Origin: Methyloceanibacter sp.
GTDB lineage: Bacteria > Pseudomonadota > Alphaproteobacteria > Rhizobiales > Methyloligellaceae
Reading direction: 5' to 3'
Assembly (NCBI GenBank): GCA_018067145.1
Contig: JAGPVD010000158.1
Coordinates: 15,850-79,849 of the forward strand
Length of the DNA stretch: 64,000 nt
A program made the position numbers and the translations under genes. Under the pieces are notes generated by a model. It saw only the letters and a program-made list of their open reading frames with translations, was not told where the DNA came from and searched no databases. Shown here in pieces: positions 50,499 to 60,406 of this stretch (its first letter is position 1; every line of letters begins with the position of its first letter).

Positions 50499-51754
50499 CT
50501 GCCCACCTCCGCCAGGAGGGATGCTCCGTCATCGCCGGACACGACGGCGTCAACGAGCACGCCGGCGCTCGCCGCGCATGCGTCTAGCCGCACTGGGGTG
50601 AAGTCCGCCGAACGGCCTTGGGCCTCGTTCTCCATGAGCACACGGATATGCCATCCCTTGGCGCTTTCGAGATGGCGCTGCAATGCATTGACGCCCTTGC
50701 CGCGCAGTTCGGATGCGCGTCGCGACACCACCGCGCCATTCACTTGCGGCATGCGCGCGGCAGGCGTGCCCTCACGCGCCGAGAAAGGAAAGACGTGGAG
50801 GAAGGTGAGCCCGCAATCATCCACCAAAGATAGCGAGTTCTTGAACATTTCTTCGGTCTCGGTCGGGAATCCGGCAATGAGGTCGGCGCCGAACACTATG
50901 TCGGGGCGGACGCGCCGCATTGCTTCGCAGAATGCCACGGAGTCGGCGCGCGCGTGACGACGCTTCATGCGCTTTAGGGTCAGATCGTCACCGGCTTGCA
51001 GCGACAGATGCAGATGCGGCATCAGCCGCTCTTCCTCGGCGATGGCCGCGATGAGATCTGGATCGGCCTCGACGGAGTCGATGGATGAAAGCCGCAGGCG
51101 CGGTAGCTCGGGCACGAGCTTGAGCACAGTGCGGGTGAGCTTGCCCAACGTCATGTCGCCGGGTAGGTCCGCGCCATAAGCCGTGATATCGACGCCGGTC
51201 AGCACGATCTCGGCATAGCCATTCTCTGTAAGACGCCGCACCTGCGCGACCACTTCACCAGCCGGCACCGAACGCGACGGCCCACGGCCAAAGGGGATGA
51301 CGCAGAATGTGCAGCGATGATCGCAACCATTTTGGATTTGCACATAGGCGCGAGCACGATTGCCGAAGCCCTCAATGAGATGGCCCGCGGTCTCCTTGAC
51401 CGACATGATGTCGTTGACTGTTACTTTCTCGCTGTCACCGGTGCCGAGGCCTAAGAAGGTCTTCGCCTCAAGCTTCTCTTGATTCCCAATGACGCGATCC
51501 ACCTCATCCATGGCGGCAAAACGGTCGGGATCAATCTGCGCGGCACAGCCCGTGACCACGATCTTCGCCTCGGGGTTCTTGCGCCTCGCCTTGCGGATCG
51601 CCTGTCGTGCCTGGCGCACGGCCTCGGCCGTCACCGCGCAGGTGTTGACGATCACCGCATCGGTGACCCCGGCGGCGGCTGCATGCTCGCGCATGACCTC
51701 AGACTCATAGGCGTTGAGCCTGCAGCCGAAGGTGATGATTTCGATATCGGACAT
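50495..51754 (-). CDS. mtaB: tRNA (t6A37) methylthiotransferase MtaB
   Basis: TFGCRLN, NTCAVT, radical SAM motif CDHRCTFC, AGFPTET. Confidence 0.92.
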   Translation of the reverse strand: MSDIEIITFGCRLNAYESEVMREHAAAAGVTDAVIVNTCAVTAEAVRQARQAIRKARRKNPEAKIVVTGCAAQIDPDRFAAMDEVDRVIGNQEKLEAKTFLGLGTGDSEKVTVNDIMSVKETAGHLIEGFGNRARAYVQIQNGCDHRCTFCVIPFGRGPSRSVPAGEVVAQVRRLTENGYAEIVLTGVDITAYGADLPGDMTLGKLTRTVLKLVPELPRLRLSSIDSVEADPDLIAAIAEEERLMPHLHLSLQAGDDLTLKRMKRRHARADSVAFCEAMRRVRPDIVFGADLIAGFPTETEEMFKNSLSLVDDCGLTFLHVFPFSAREGTPAARMPQVNGAVVSRRASELRGKGVNALQRHLESAKGWHIRVLMENEAQGRSADFTPVRLDACAASAGVLVDAVVSGDDGASLLAEVGS

Positions 51755-51803
51755 TTGGGCGGCTTCTAGCACGAAAGACTTTGCAAGTCAGACCCCTGGC
51801 ACG

Positions 51804-52670
51804 TCAGACCCCGGCGGGCGCAAGCAGGCTGGCTGGCAGGGTGCCCTCGAAGTCGAGCTCGTAGGGCCCGGTCATCAACACATGCCCATCCGCCTCACGC
51901 CATTCAATGACGAGATCGCCGCCGGGCAGTGAGACCGTCACCTTGCGCCCGGCCAAATCGCGACGGACAGCGGCGACCGCCGAAGCGCAGGCCGCCGTAC
52001 CGCAAGCCCGCGTCAAGCCAGCGCCCCGCTCCCAGGTGCGGACCTTCAGATGGTCGGGGCTCATGACCTGAACCAGCGAGATATTGGCGCGCTCAGGGAA
52101 CAGCGGGTGACATTCAAGCATCGGCCCAATGCCTGCGAGATCGATGGCCTCGGTGTCCTCTACGAAGAACAGGGCATGGGGGTTGCCCACATTGACCGCG
52201 CCAGGCGAATGCAGCACTGGCGCGTCGATAGGCCCTGCCTGGAGCTCGATGCGGCTCGTGTCGTGGAACGGCTCGGCGAGCGGAATTTCATCCCAGGCGA
52301 GCCGAGGCACGCCCATATCGATGGTGACGTTGCCGTCGCCGCCAACGGCGGCCCCAAGCATCTGATCCTCGGTCTCGATGCTCACCTGCGAGCGACCTTG
52401 CTCGGTGGCGATGACCGCCGCCACGCAGCGCGCAGCGTTGCCACAAGCTTCGACCTCGCCGCCATCGGCGTTCCAGATGCGCATGAACACGTCCGCCTTA
52501 TCCGAAGGCTCCAACGCTATGAGCTGATCGCAGCCAATGCCCTCTTTGCGGTCGGCGATGACGCGCACGATCTCGGGCGCCAGCGCCAAGGCGCGCGCGC
52601 GGGAATCCAGCACGACGAAGTCGTTGCCGAGGCCGTTCATCTTGCGGAAGCTGTACTCGCCCGCGTCCAT
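51804..52670 (-). CDS. dapF: diaminopimelate epimerase
   Basis: KMNGLGNDF, GIGCDQ, ACGNA.RC, NVGNPH, ERGAG.T.ACGT. Confidence 0.96.
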   Translation of the reverse strand: MDAGEYSFRKMNGLGNDFVVLDSRARALALAPEIVRVIADRKEGIGCDQLIALEPSDKADVFMRIWNADGGEVEACGNAARCVAAVIATEQGRSQVSIETEDQMLGAAVGGDGNVTIDMGVPRLAWDEIPLAEPFHDTSRIELQAGPIDAPVLHSPGAVNVGNPHALFFVEDTEAIDLAGIGPMLECHPLFPERANISLVQVMSPDHLKVRTWERGAGLTRACGTAACASAVAAVRRDLAGRKVTVSLPGGDLVIEWREADGHVLMTGPYELDFEGTLPASLLAPAGV

Positions 52671-52863
52671 ATCTCGATTGCTCCAATTCCTGCCGCCTCT
52701 ATAGCACCGGCACCTCTGGAATACGTCAGACCCATATGGAGGCCGAAGAGGCCATTGCCAAGGAAGAGCGAGCCCTCAATGGGCTACCCGCCTGAAGGCG
52801 TTGCGAAGCGCTCACTTATATGGCGTTCTCTCTTAAACATCGCACACCGCTAGGAGAGCCCCC

Positions 52864-54060
52864 ATGATCTCCGTTCCGAGCAACGATCCCGTCGGCGCCC
52901 TTGTCCCTCATACGCTGAAAGAGCCCCTCCTCGGCCATGAGGAAGGCCCTCTGGCCGGGCTCTCGTTCATGGTCAAAGACCTGTTCGCCATCAAGGGACA
53001 CAAGGTCTCAAACGGCAATCCGGACTTCTACGAACACGCCACGCCCGCCACCGAGACGGCGCCAGTGATCGAGCGGCTTCTGAAGGCTGGCGCGTCCTGC
53101 ACCGGCATCACCGTGTGCGATGAGTTTTTCTACAGCGTGCTCGGCAGCAATGCCCATTACGGCCAGCCCGTAAACGCGCGCGCTGGGCATCACGTGACCG
53201 GCGGCTCCTCCTGCGGGTCGGCGGCGGCCGTGGCAGCATCGGAGTGCGACTTCGCGCTTGGCTCCGACACCGGCGGCTCGGTCCGCGTGCCTGCCTCGTT
53301 CAGCGGGCTCTATGGCTTGCGCCCCACCCATGGCCGTATTGATGCGAGTGGCGCCACCGCCATGGCGCCGAGCTACGACACGATCGGCTTTCTCGCCCGC
53401 GAGGCGGAGCTGTTCCGCAAAGTCGGCCACGTTCTGTTAGACGGCGCGCCCGTCGAAGCCCCTATTACGCGGCTGGTCCTCGCGCAAGACATCGTTTCCT
53501 ACTCCGAGACCAGCGCCGATCAGGCCCTGTGGCAGGTGCTGGATAAGCTCGCGGGCGTAATCCCGAAGCCAGAGCATATGGACATCGCGGGTGAGGACAT
53601 CGAGGCGTGGCGCAAGGCCTTCGCCATAATCCAGGGCTTCGAGATCCAATCGACGCTGCTGCCCTTCGTCACGTCCCACAACGCCGACCTCGGTCCCGGC
53701 ATCAAAGAACGCTTCCAGGCGGCGGCCTCCATCACCTTCGAGGAAGCCGAGGCGGCGCGGGCCGTGCGCGCTGAAGTCAACATGCGCCTGAAAGAGATCG
53801 TGCAGCCAGGGACTCTCATCGTGCTCCCGACCACGCCGACACTCCCGCCGGAGCGCGATATCCCTGACGGGGCGTCCTTCGTCGAATTCCGCACGCTGAC
53901 CCTGCAAAGCACCTGTTTAGCGGGCCACGCTGGCCTGCCCCAGGTCTCGATCCCGGCGGCGGAAGCGGCTGGCTGCCCCGTGGGGCTCTCATTTATTGGC
54001 TGGGAGGGCGGCGATGAGGCCCTGCTCGACCTCGCCGTCCGCCTGCGCCTCAACACCTAA
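52864..54060 (+). CDS. amidase-signature family amidase
   Basis: VKDLF, GGSSCGSAAA, GSDTGGSVRVPA. Confidence 0.9.
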   Translation: MISVPSNDPVGALVPHTLKEPLLGHEEGPLAGLSFMVKDLFAIKGHKVSNGNPDFYEHATPATETAPVIERLLKAGASCTGITVCDEFFYSVLGSNAHYGQPVNARAGHHVTGGSSCGSAAAVAASECDFALGSDTGGSVRVPASFSGLYGLRPTHGRIDASGATAMAPSYDTIGFLAREAELFRKVGHVLLDGAPVEAPITRLVLAQDIVSYSETSADQALWQVLDKLAGVIPKPEHMDIAGEDIEAWRKAFAIIQGFEIQSTLLPFVTSHNADLGPGIKERFQAAASITFEEAEAARAVRAEVNMRLKEIVQPGTLIVLPTTPTLPPERDIPDGASFVEFRTLTLQSTCLAGHAGLPQVSIPAAEAAGCPVGLSFIGWEGGDEALLDLAVRLRLNT

Positions 54061-54089
54061 GCAAAGTCCACAAACATAAGAGTGCCCCT

Positions 54090-54428
54090 GTGACCGCTCT
54101 GCCCTATCTCTATCTCGGCTGCGCCGTCGTTCTCGAGGTAATCGGAACCTCGGCATTGAAGATGTCGGATTCCTTCACCAAACTCACTCCCAGCATCGTG
54201 ACCATAGTCACCTATGGAGCAGCCCTTGCGCTCCTCGCCGTCACGCTCCGGACCATCCCGGTCGGCATCGCCTACGCCATATAGGCGGGCGCAGGCATCG
54301 TGTTGATCACATTGGTTGGATGGCTGTGGTTCAAACAGCCGCTCGACCTACCGACTATCCTTGGGCTCGGCCTCATCATCGCTGAGGTTGTTGTGGTGCA
54401 CGGCTTTTCGCAAACCCTCCATCACTGA
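54090..54428 (+). pseudogene. SMR (EmrE/QacE-like) efflux protein with in-frame amber stop
   Basis: LEVIGTSALK..IPVGIAYAI*AGAGIVLITLVGWLWFKQPLD. TAG at 54282-54284 replaces the conserved Trp. The frame continues to TGA at 54428. Confidence 0.8.
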
Positions 54429-54495
54429 CTTGACTTAAGGGCTCCGGTCCCCGACATTCCGCCGGAATTCAGGCAGCTCCTTATCCGAGCCGCCG

Positions 54496-54620
54496 CCCTG
54501 TTGGGGTCTCGCTTTCTGGTTATCGCGCTCAAGTAGCGCGAAGCGCGGTAGCGCACCAAAAAAGAGACTAGGCAGGGGGGTCAACACCCGTCAGCGCGAT
54601 GCGCCCACGGGTGCGTTTTT
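54496..54620 (+). ncRNA. ffh leader RNA (alphaproteobacterial ffh motif) with upstream multi-stem element
   Basis: CACCCG-TCAGCGCGATGCGCCCA-CGGGTG hairpin resembles the ffh motif as recalled. Upstream pairings CCCTG/CAGGG, GTCTC/GAGAC, TGGT/ACCA and CGCGCT/AGCGCG. TTGACT-N17-GACATT promoter-like sequence at 54430. Confidence 0.6.
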
Positions 54621-54695
54621 CGTTGTGCTACCGGCCTTTGGCCTATTTGAGCGCAGTTTGCTTTGCCTATCCTCATGTTTGAGGAGGAGACGACG

Positions 54696-55109
54696 ATGGT
54701 GACAGCCCGCCTCAAGCGCCCTGACGGCATCCTTGCCGCGCTGATGCTCGCCTGCCTGCCGGCGGCGACACTTGCCCAAGACAAGAGCATGCCGGTGATG
54801 GCCGGGGGCGATCCGGACTTTGACGCCTGCGGTTCGCAAGGCCTGGTCCGCGATCTCAACCCGCAAGACGGCGACGGCTTCCTCGCTGTTCGGGCCGGCC
54901 CTGGCTCGGGCTACGCCATGCAGGACAAGGTCTATAACGGCTATGTGCTCAATATCTGCGACGACCGTGGCCGATGGCTCGGCGTTGTCTATTCGCACAA
55001 GACGGAGGATTGCGGCGTCGGCACACCTTGGCCAAAGGCGCGCGCCTATACCGGCCCGTGCCGCGCCGGCTGGGTCTTCCGTAAATATGTGAAGGACTAC
55101 GCCGGCTGA
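54696..55109 (+). CDS. exported SH3b-like protein
   Basis: Strong RBS GAGGAGG, signal peptide, GDGFLAVRAGPG, WLGVVY, GWV..KYV and 4 Cys in the mature part. Its TGA overlaps the ffh ATG. Confidence 0.75.
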   Translation: MVTARLKRPDGILAALMLACLPAATLAQDKSMPVMAGGDPDFDACGSQGLVRDLNPQDGDGFLAVRAGPGSGYAMQDKVYNGYVLNICDDRGRWLGVVYSHKTEDCGVGTPWPKARAYTGPCRAGWVFRKYVKDYAG

Positions 55110-56602
55110 TGTTCGACACACTTTCAGAACGCCTCGCTGGCATTTTCGACAAGCTCACGGGCCGTGGCGCGCTGAGCGAGGAGGACGTCACCGAAGCCAT
55201 GCGCGAGGTCCGCCGCGCGCTGATCGAGGCCGACGTGTCGCTCGACGTGGTGCGCTCCTTCACCGACCGGGTGAAGCAGCGGGCAGTCGGCCAAGAGGTG
55301 GCGCGCTCCATCACGCCCGGTCAGATGGTCATCAAGATCGTCAATGACGAGCTGGTGCGCATGTTGGGCTCCGATGCTCAAGGCATCGACCTCGCCGCCA
55401 CGCCGCCTGTCGCCATGATGCTGGTCGGCCTGCAAGGCTCGGGCAAGACCACCACGACGGCAAAGCTGGCGAAGCGGCTAACGATCCGCGACAAGCAAAA
55501 AGTGCTCATGGCGTCGCTCGATACGCGCAGGCCGGCAGCTCAAGAACAGCTCCGCGTGCTTGGCGAGCAGGCCGAAGTGGCAACGCTTCCCATCGTCGAG
55601 GGCGCAAGCCCGACGGACATAGCAACCCGCGCCGTCAAGGCGGCGACTCTCGGCGGCTATGACGTGTTACTGCTCGACACCGCCGGCCGCACGCATATCG
55701 ACGAAGAGCTGATGGCGGAAGTCGCCGCCATCGAGAAGATCACCAAGCCGCACGAGACTCTGCTGGTCGCCGATGCGCTCACCGGCCAGGACGCCGTGAA
55801 CCTCGCCAAGAATTTCGGCGAGCGTCTCGCCCTGACCGGCATCGTACTGACCCGCGTCGATGGCGATGCACGTGGCGGTGCGGCACTTTCCATGCGCGCC
55901 GTCTCCGGAAAGCCCATCAAGCTGATCGGCGTCGGCGAGAAGCTCGACGCCCTTGAGGACTTCCATCCCGACCGTATCGCCGGACGCATTCTCGGCATGG
56001 GCGACGTGGTCGGCCTCGTCGAGAAGGCGATGGAAACTGTCGAGGTCGACAAGGCGGAGGCCCTGGCCAAGAAGCTCAAGAAGGGTGCCTTCGATCTCAA
56101 CGACCTCGCCGAGCAGCTCAAGCAGATGCAGAAGATGGGCGGTATGGGCGGTGTACTCGCCATGCTCCCTGGCCTCGGCAAGATGAAGAAGCAGCTCGAC
56201 GCCGCCAATCTCGATGAGAGTGTCCTGAAGCGCCAGCAGGCGATCATCGGCTCGATGACCAAGGCCGAGCGCAAGACCCCGAAGCTGCTAAACGCCTCGC
56301 GCAAAAAGCGCGTCGCGGCGGGCTCGGGCACCTCCGTTCAAGACATCAACAAGCTGGTGAAGATGCACCGCCAGATGGCCGACATGATGAAGGCCATGGG
56401 CAAGAAACGCGGCGCGCTAAGCGCCTTGTTCGGCGGCGGCGGAACGCCACAGGAGATGCCTGCTGATCTGCCGCCGGGCACCGAGCTTCCAACGAATATG
56501 CCGGCCCTGCCGCCTGGCGCCTTTCTGGGAGGCCTGCCTGGCCTTCCCGGTGGTGGTCTGCCCCGCGGCATTCCCGGCCTGCCGAAATCGAAGAAACGCT
56601 GA
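55109..56602 (+). CDS. ffh: signal recognition particle protein
   Basis: GLQGSGKTTT, DTAGR, DGDARGGAALS, RILGMGD, M-domain SMT..ER, GSG. Confidence 0.97.
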   Translation: MFDTLSERLAGIFDKLTGRGALSEEDVTEAMREVRRALIEADVSLDVVRSFTDRVKQRAVGQEVARSITPGQMVIKIVNDELVRMLGSDAQGIDLAATPPVAMMLVGLQGSGKTTTTAKLAKRLTIRDKQKVLMASLDTRRPAAQEQLRVLGEQAEVATLPIVEGASPTDIATRAVKAATLGGYDVLLLDTAGRTHIDEELMAEVAAIEKITKPHETLLVADALTGQDAVNLAKNFGERLALTGIVLTRVDGDARGGAALSMRAVSGKPIKLIGVGEKLDALEDFHPDRIAGRILGMGDVVGLVEKAMETVEVDKAEALAKKLKKGAFDLNDLAEQLKQMQKMGGMGGVLAMLPGLGKMKKQLDAANLDESVLKRQQAIIGSMTKAERKTPKLLNASRKKRVAAGSGTSVQDINKLVKMHRQMADMMKAMGKKRGALSALFGGGGTPQEMPADLPPGTELPTNMPALPPGAFLGGLPGLPGGGLPRGIPGLPKSKKR

Positions 56603-56645
56603 ACCCATTATTTTTTGAGATCAAACGCCTAGGAGAACGAAAACA

Positions 56646-57233
56646 ATGTCACTCAAGATCAGACTGGCGCGCTTCGGCGCCAAGAAGCGCCCCTTCTACC
56701 GCATCGTCGTCGCAGACTCGCGGTTCCCTCGCGATGGCCGCTACATCGAGAAGATCGGCACGTTCAACCCGCTGTTGCCGCGCGACGACGCCGAGCGCGT
56801 GAAGTTCGACGTGGACCGCGCCAAGCATTGGCTGTCCCACGGCGCGCTGCCGACCGACCGCGTGCTGCGGTTCTTCGATGCCGCTGGCCTGATGAAGCGC
56901 GAAGCGCGCAACAACCCGGAGAAGGCCAAGCCCGGCGCCAAGCGCCTTGAGCGCGAGGAAGCGAAAGCCGCTGCCAAGGTCGAGAAGGCCCAGGCTGCGG
57001 AAGACGCTAAGAAGGCTGAGGAGGAGGCTAAGAAGGCCGCCGCTGAAGCTGCTGCCGAAGCCGCCGCCGCACCGGAGCCTGAGCCTGCAGCTGAAGAAGC
57101 GCCTGCAGAGGAAGCCAAAGCAGAGGACGCCAAGACTGAGGAAGCTCCTGCTGAAGAGGCAAAGGCCGAGGAAGCTCCTGCTGAGGACGCCAAGGCTGAA
57201 GACAAGGCCGAAGCCGACAAGCCGGCCGAATAA
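56646..57233 (+). CDS. rpsP: 30S ribosomal protein S16 with Ala/Glu-rich C-tail
   Basis: [38 protein letters not shown]. Confidence 0.96.
   Translation: MSLKIRLARFGAKKRPFYRIVVADSRFPRDGRYIEKIGTFNPLLPRDDAERVKFDVDRAKHWLSHGALPTDRVLRFFDAAGLMKREARNNPEKAKPGAKRLEREEAKAAAKVEKAQAAEDAKKAEEEAKKAAAEAAAEAAAAPEPEPAAEEAPAEEAKAEDAKTEEAPAEEAKAEEAPAEDAKAEDKAEADKPAE
57090..57210 (+). repeat. coding repeats [11 protein letters not shown] x3 in the rpsP tail
   Basis: GAAGCTCCTGCTGA.GA.GC.AAGGC.GA-like units repeated three times. Confidence 0.65.
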
Positions 57234-57235
57234 CC

Positions 57236-57760
57236 TTGGACAAAGACGCGGACCAAGTGCTGGTTGGCGAGATCGGCGCGGCGCAAGGGCTGAAGGGCGA
57301 AGTTCGCCTGCGCTCTTACACGCAAACGCCGGCCGACATCGCCACCTATGGGTCGCTTCAAGATGAGACGGGCGCCCGCGAAATCGAGATCGAGCGCGTC
57401 CGCATCACCCCGAAAGCGATCGTCGCCCGCATCAAGGGCGTGACCACGCGGGAGGGGGCGGAGGCGCTAAACCGCACCAAGCTCTACGCATCCCGCGCCA
57501 AGCTGCGTCCGGCCGAGAAAGCCAAAGATGGCGAATGGTATGTCGCCGATCTGGTCGGGCTTGCGGCGGTCAACGCGGATGGCGCCGAGCTCGGCGCGAT
57601 AGTCGGCGTGCATAATTTCGGCGCCAGCGACATCGTCGAGATCGCGCCGGTGAGCGGCGAGGCCACTTTCCTCGTGGCGTTCACCGAGGCAACAGTGCCG
57701 GAGGTGGATATCGCCAACGGCCGCATCACCGTCGTGCTGCCCGAAGAACTGGAAGACTAA
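57236..57760 (+). CDS. rimM: ribosome maturation factor RimM
   Basis: VGEI.AAQGLKGEV, REGAEAL, YVADLVG, NFGASD. Confidence 0.93.
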   Translation: MDKDADQVLVGEIGAAQGLKGEVRLRSYTQTPADIATYGSLQDETGAREIEIERVRITPKAIVARIKGVTTREGAEALNRTKLYASRAKLRPAEKAKDGEWYVADLVGLAAVNADGAELGAIVGVHNFGASDIVEIAPVSGEATFLVAFTEATVPEVDIANGRITVVLPEELED

Positions 57761-57874
57761 ACTCCTCCAGCGGGACAAGGACGCGGTAGAGTGTGCGCCA
57801 TGACCGCCCGCTTTTTCTCCAAACCCCGTGTCTTCCTATTATCTGACAACGCCGAGCGACCGGGCAACGCTCGC

Positions 57875-59140
57875 ATGGCCGCGCGTGACGCGCCGTTCTT
57901 CACATGGCTCGGCCCGTTCGCCCGCTTCGCCGAGTTCGGCACGGCGGACTATCCGCGCAATGTTCGCCGCAGGCTAACCATCGTCAATGTTATGGCCTGG
58001 ATGATCGCCGCCTCTTCGGCGGTCTACGCGGTCATGTTCGCCGCCTTCGGTGTCGAAGCCTATTGGCCGCTGATCGCCGTCAATCTTGTTCTCATTGTCT
58101 TCGCCCTGCTGGCGCCGCTGGCACACCGAATCAACGACGTTGCCGCGGCTCTACTGATCTGCGGAGCGGAATTTGTGGCGCTGTTCTTCTTCGTACGCGA
58201 ACTCGGCCACGACTCCGGCATCCAGCTCAACTTCATTGTCGTGGCCGCGGTGGCATTCGCCATTTGCGGCATGGGCCATATCCGGCTTGTGATCGGGGCC
58301 GTGGCCATCGCGCTGGCGCTGCATCTCGCCGTCTGGTTCCTGTATCCGCCGTCTGCCGCGCGGGTCGCCGCCGATCCGTTTCTCTTGCATAATCTCTATG
58401 TCTCGTCGGCAATCACGACGTTCTGTCTCATCGCGCTGATCGTTGGCTACGCCTTCACCCTCGCCGACCGCGCCCGTGCCGAGGCCGACGCGCTGTTGGC
58501 CAACATTTTGCCAGAGGCCATCGCCGAGCGTCTGAAGTCACGATCTGGCGAACGCGTCGCCGACGCTGTTGAGGACGCTTCCGTTCTGTTCACTGACCTC
58601 GTTGGCTTCACGCAGCTTTCGAAAGAGCTTGGCGCCGACCGCACCGTCGCTATTCTCGATCAGATGGTCACGGAGTTCGACCAACTCGCCGCGACGCATG
58701 GTGTCGAGAAGATCAAGACCATCGGCGACGGCTATATGGCGGTGGCGGGGGTCAGCCAGAAAGCTGACGACCATGCCATGCGCCTGGCCCGCATGGCATT
58801 GCGCTTGCCAAAGTTGGTGGCGCGGCTTTCCGAAACCCACGGGGTGGATCTACGCATCCGCATCGGCATCGCCAGCGGCCCGATGATGGCGGGCGTGATC
58901 GGCGCCAACAAATTCTCCTATGACGTTTGGGGCGAGACGGTGAACGTCGCCTCGCGGCTTGAGTCCCACGGGCTTCCTGGCGAGATCCAAGTCTCAGGCC
59001 CGGTATTCGAAGAGCTGCACGATGGCTTCGTGCTAGAGCCGCGCGGGTCCATCGACGTGAAGGGCGTCGGACAGCTTGAAACTTGGCTGCTCAAAGAGGA
59101 GCGTGGGCCAAACGCAATTCTAGGAACCGCGAACACATGA
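57875..59140 (+). CDS. membrane-bound class III adenylate cyclase (start uncertain, 57800 or 57875)
   Basis: About 6 TMs, then [44 protein letters not shown]. Lys/Asp specificity residues are of the ATP type. Confidence 0.9.
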   Translation: MAARDAPFFTWLGPFARFAEFGTADYPRNVRRRLTIVNVMAWMIAASSAVYAVMFAAFGVEAYWPLIAVNLVLIVFALLAPLAHRINDVAAALLICGAEFVALFFFVRELGHDSGIQLNFIVVAAVAFAICGMGHIRLVIGAVAIALALHLAVWFLYPPSAARVAADPFLLHNLYVSSAITTFCLIALIVGYAFTLADRARAEADALLANILPEAIAERLKSRSGERVADAVEDASVLFTDLVGFTQLSKELGADRTVAILDQMVTEFDQLAATHGVEKIKTIGDGYMAVAGVSQKADDHAMRLARMALRLPKLVARLSETHGVDLRIRIGIASGPMMAGVIGANKFSYDVWGETVNVASRLESHGLPGEIQVSGPVFEELHDGFVLEPRGSIDVKGVGQLETWLLKEERGPNAILGTANT

Positions 59141-59841
59141 CCTGGCGCGCCACCGTGCTCACCCTCTACCCCGAAATGTTTCCTGGCGTGCTGGGCTTAA
59201 GCCTTGCCGGTAAGGCGCTCGGCGAGGGAAAATGGGAGCTTGAGCCGATCGATATCCGCTCCTTCGCCACCGACAGGCATCGCTCAGTGGACGACACCCC
59301 GGCTGGCGGCGGCGCCGGCATGGTGATGCGCGCCGATATGGCCGCTGCCGCCATCGATGCCGGCCGGGCAGGTGCGGTCCATGGCACACCGACACTCTAT
59401 ATGTCGCCGCGCGGAGAGCGCCTGACCCAGGAACGCGCCCGGCAGCTGGCCGAGGGGCCCGGGGTCCTGGTGCTCTGCGGCCGCTTCGAGGGCGTCGACG
59501 AATGCGCACTGGAGGCCCGGAATGTCGAGGAAGTCTCAATCGGCGACTATGTGCTGTCCGGCGGGGAACTGGCGGCCCAAGTGCTGATCGATGCCGCCGT
59601 ACGGCTCCTGCCAGGGGTCACCGGCAACGAAGTCTCGCTTGATGAGGAGAGCTTCGCGTCCGGTCTCTTGGAATACCCGCATTACACGAGACCTAGGGAG
59701 TGGGAAAGCCGCTCCATCCCGGAAGTTCTGCTGTCCGGCGACCACGGAAAAATCGCCAAATGGCGGCGAGAGCAGGCGGAGTGCCTCACGAAAGCCCGCC
59801 GCCCGGACCTTTGGCAGAAGCACGGCACGCCAAAATCTTGA
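59137..59841 (+). CDS. trmD: tRNA (guanine-N1)-methyltransferase
   Basis: [47 protein letters not shown]. Confidence 0.96.
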   Translation: MTWRATVLTLYPEMFPGVLGLSLAGKALGEGKWELEPIDIRSFATDRHRSVDDTPAGGGAGMVMRADMAAAAIDAGRAGAVHGTPTLYMSPRGERLTQERARQLAEGPGVLVLCGRFEGVDECALEARNVEEVSIGDYVLSGGELAAQVLIDAAVRLLPGVTGNEVSLDEESFASGLLEYPHYTRPREWESRSIPEVLLSGDHGKIAKWRREQAECLTKARRPDLWQKHGTPKS

Positions 59842-59909
59842 CCAAAATCAGGGATATCGCCGTCTCTCGGCGCTAATTTTGGCGCAAGAACCACGATAGG
59901 AGACTGGGC

Positions 59910-60233
59910 ATGAAGTGTCTTTTGGGGCTCGCATTCACCATGACGCTTGGGGCCACTGGGCTCGCTTTGGCGCAGGATGCCGATGTGGACGCTGGCAAGG
60001 CCTACGCCACCGAAATCTGCGCCGAATGCCACGCCATCCGTCCGAACGAGGGCAACTCGCCTTTGCTCGACGCCCCCAGCTTTCAGTCGGTGGCCGACAT
60101 GCCGGGCATGACCGATTTGGCCTTGAGTGTGTGGCTGCAGACCTCCCACCCGACCATGCCCAATATCATCCTTGAGCAGGACGACATGCGGAACGTCATC
60201 GCCTATATCCGCAGCCTCCAAGGCAAAGGCTAA
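59910..60233 (+). CDS. small periplasmic monoheme cytochrome c
   Basis: Signal peptide, CAECH, AP.F and HPTMP distal Met. Confidence 0.88.
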   Translation: MKCLLGLAFTMTLGATGLALAQDADVDAGKAYATEICAECHAIRPNEGNSPLLDAPSFQSVADMPGMTDLALSVWLQTSHPTMPNIILEQDDMRNVIAYIRSLQGKG

Positions 60234-60406
60234 ATGACGGTTCGCCCACGGTTTTTCGTCCCAAAATCCATCGACACGGGCCAAAACCTGAGGTAGGACA
60301 CCCTCGCAGGCGCCAAAGCGCCCGTAATCTCTGGACCAATCAATAAGAATGGCGTTCGTCCGATGGCCAAAAATGGCCACGCCAGGCGCCCGTGAAAGGC
60401 AATGTT

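Noticed and set aside
54061-54089. Guanidine riboswitch upstream of the SMR gene
   Set aside because: Only 29 nt of spacer, no ykkC or mini-ykkC (ACGR-loop) hairpins, and the protein looks Qac/EmrE-type rather than Gdx.
54282-54284. TAG read-through or recoding (Pyl or alternative code) in the SMR gene
   Set aside because: Many intact genes in the window end in TAG, and no pyl genes are present. A TGG>TAG point change is simpler.
54500-54560. tRNA or SRP RNA (multi-stem element ending ACCA near ffh)
   Set aside because: No TTC T-loop or cloverleaf spacing and no SRP TCAGG..GGAA..AGCAG core. Better explained as the ffh leader.
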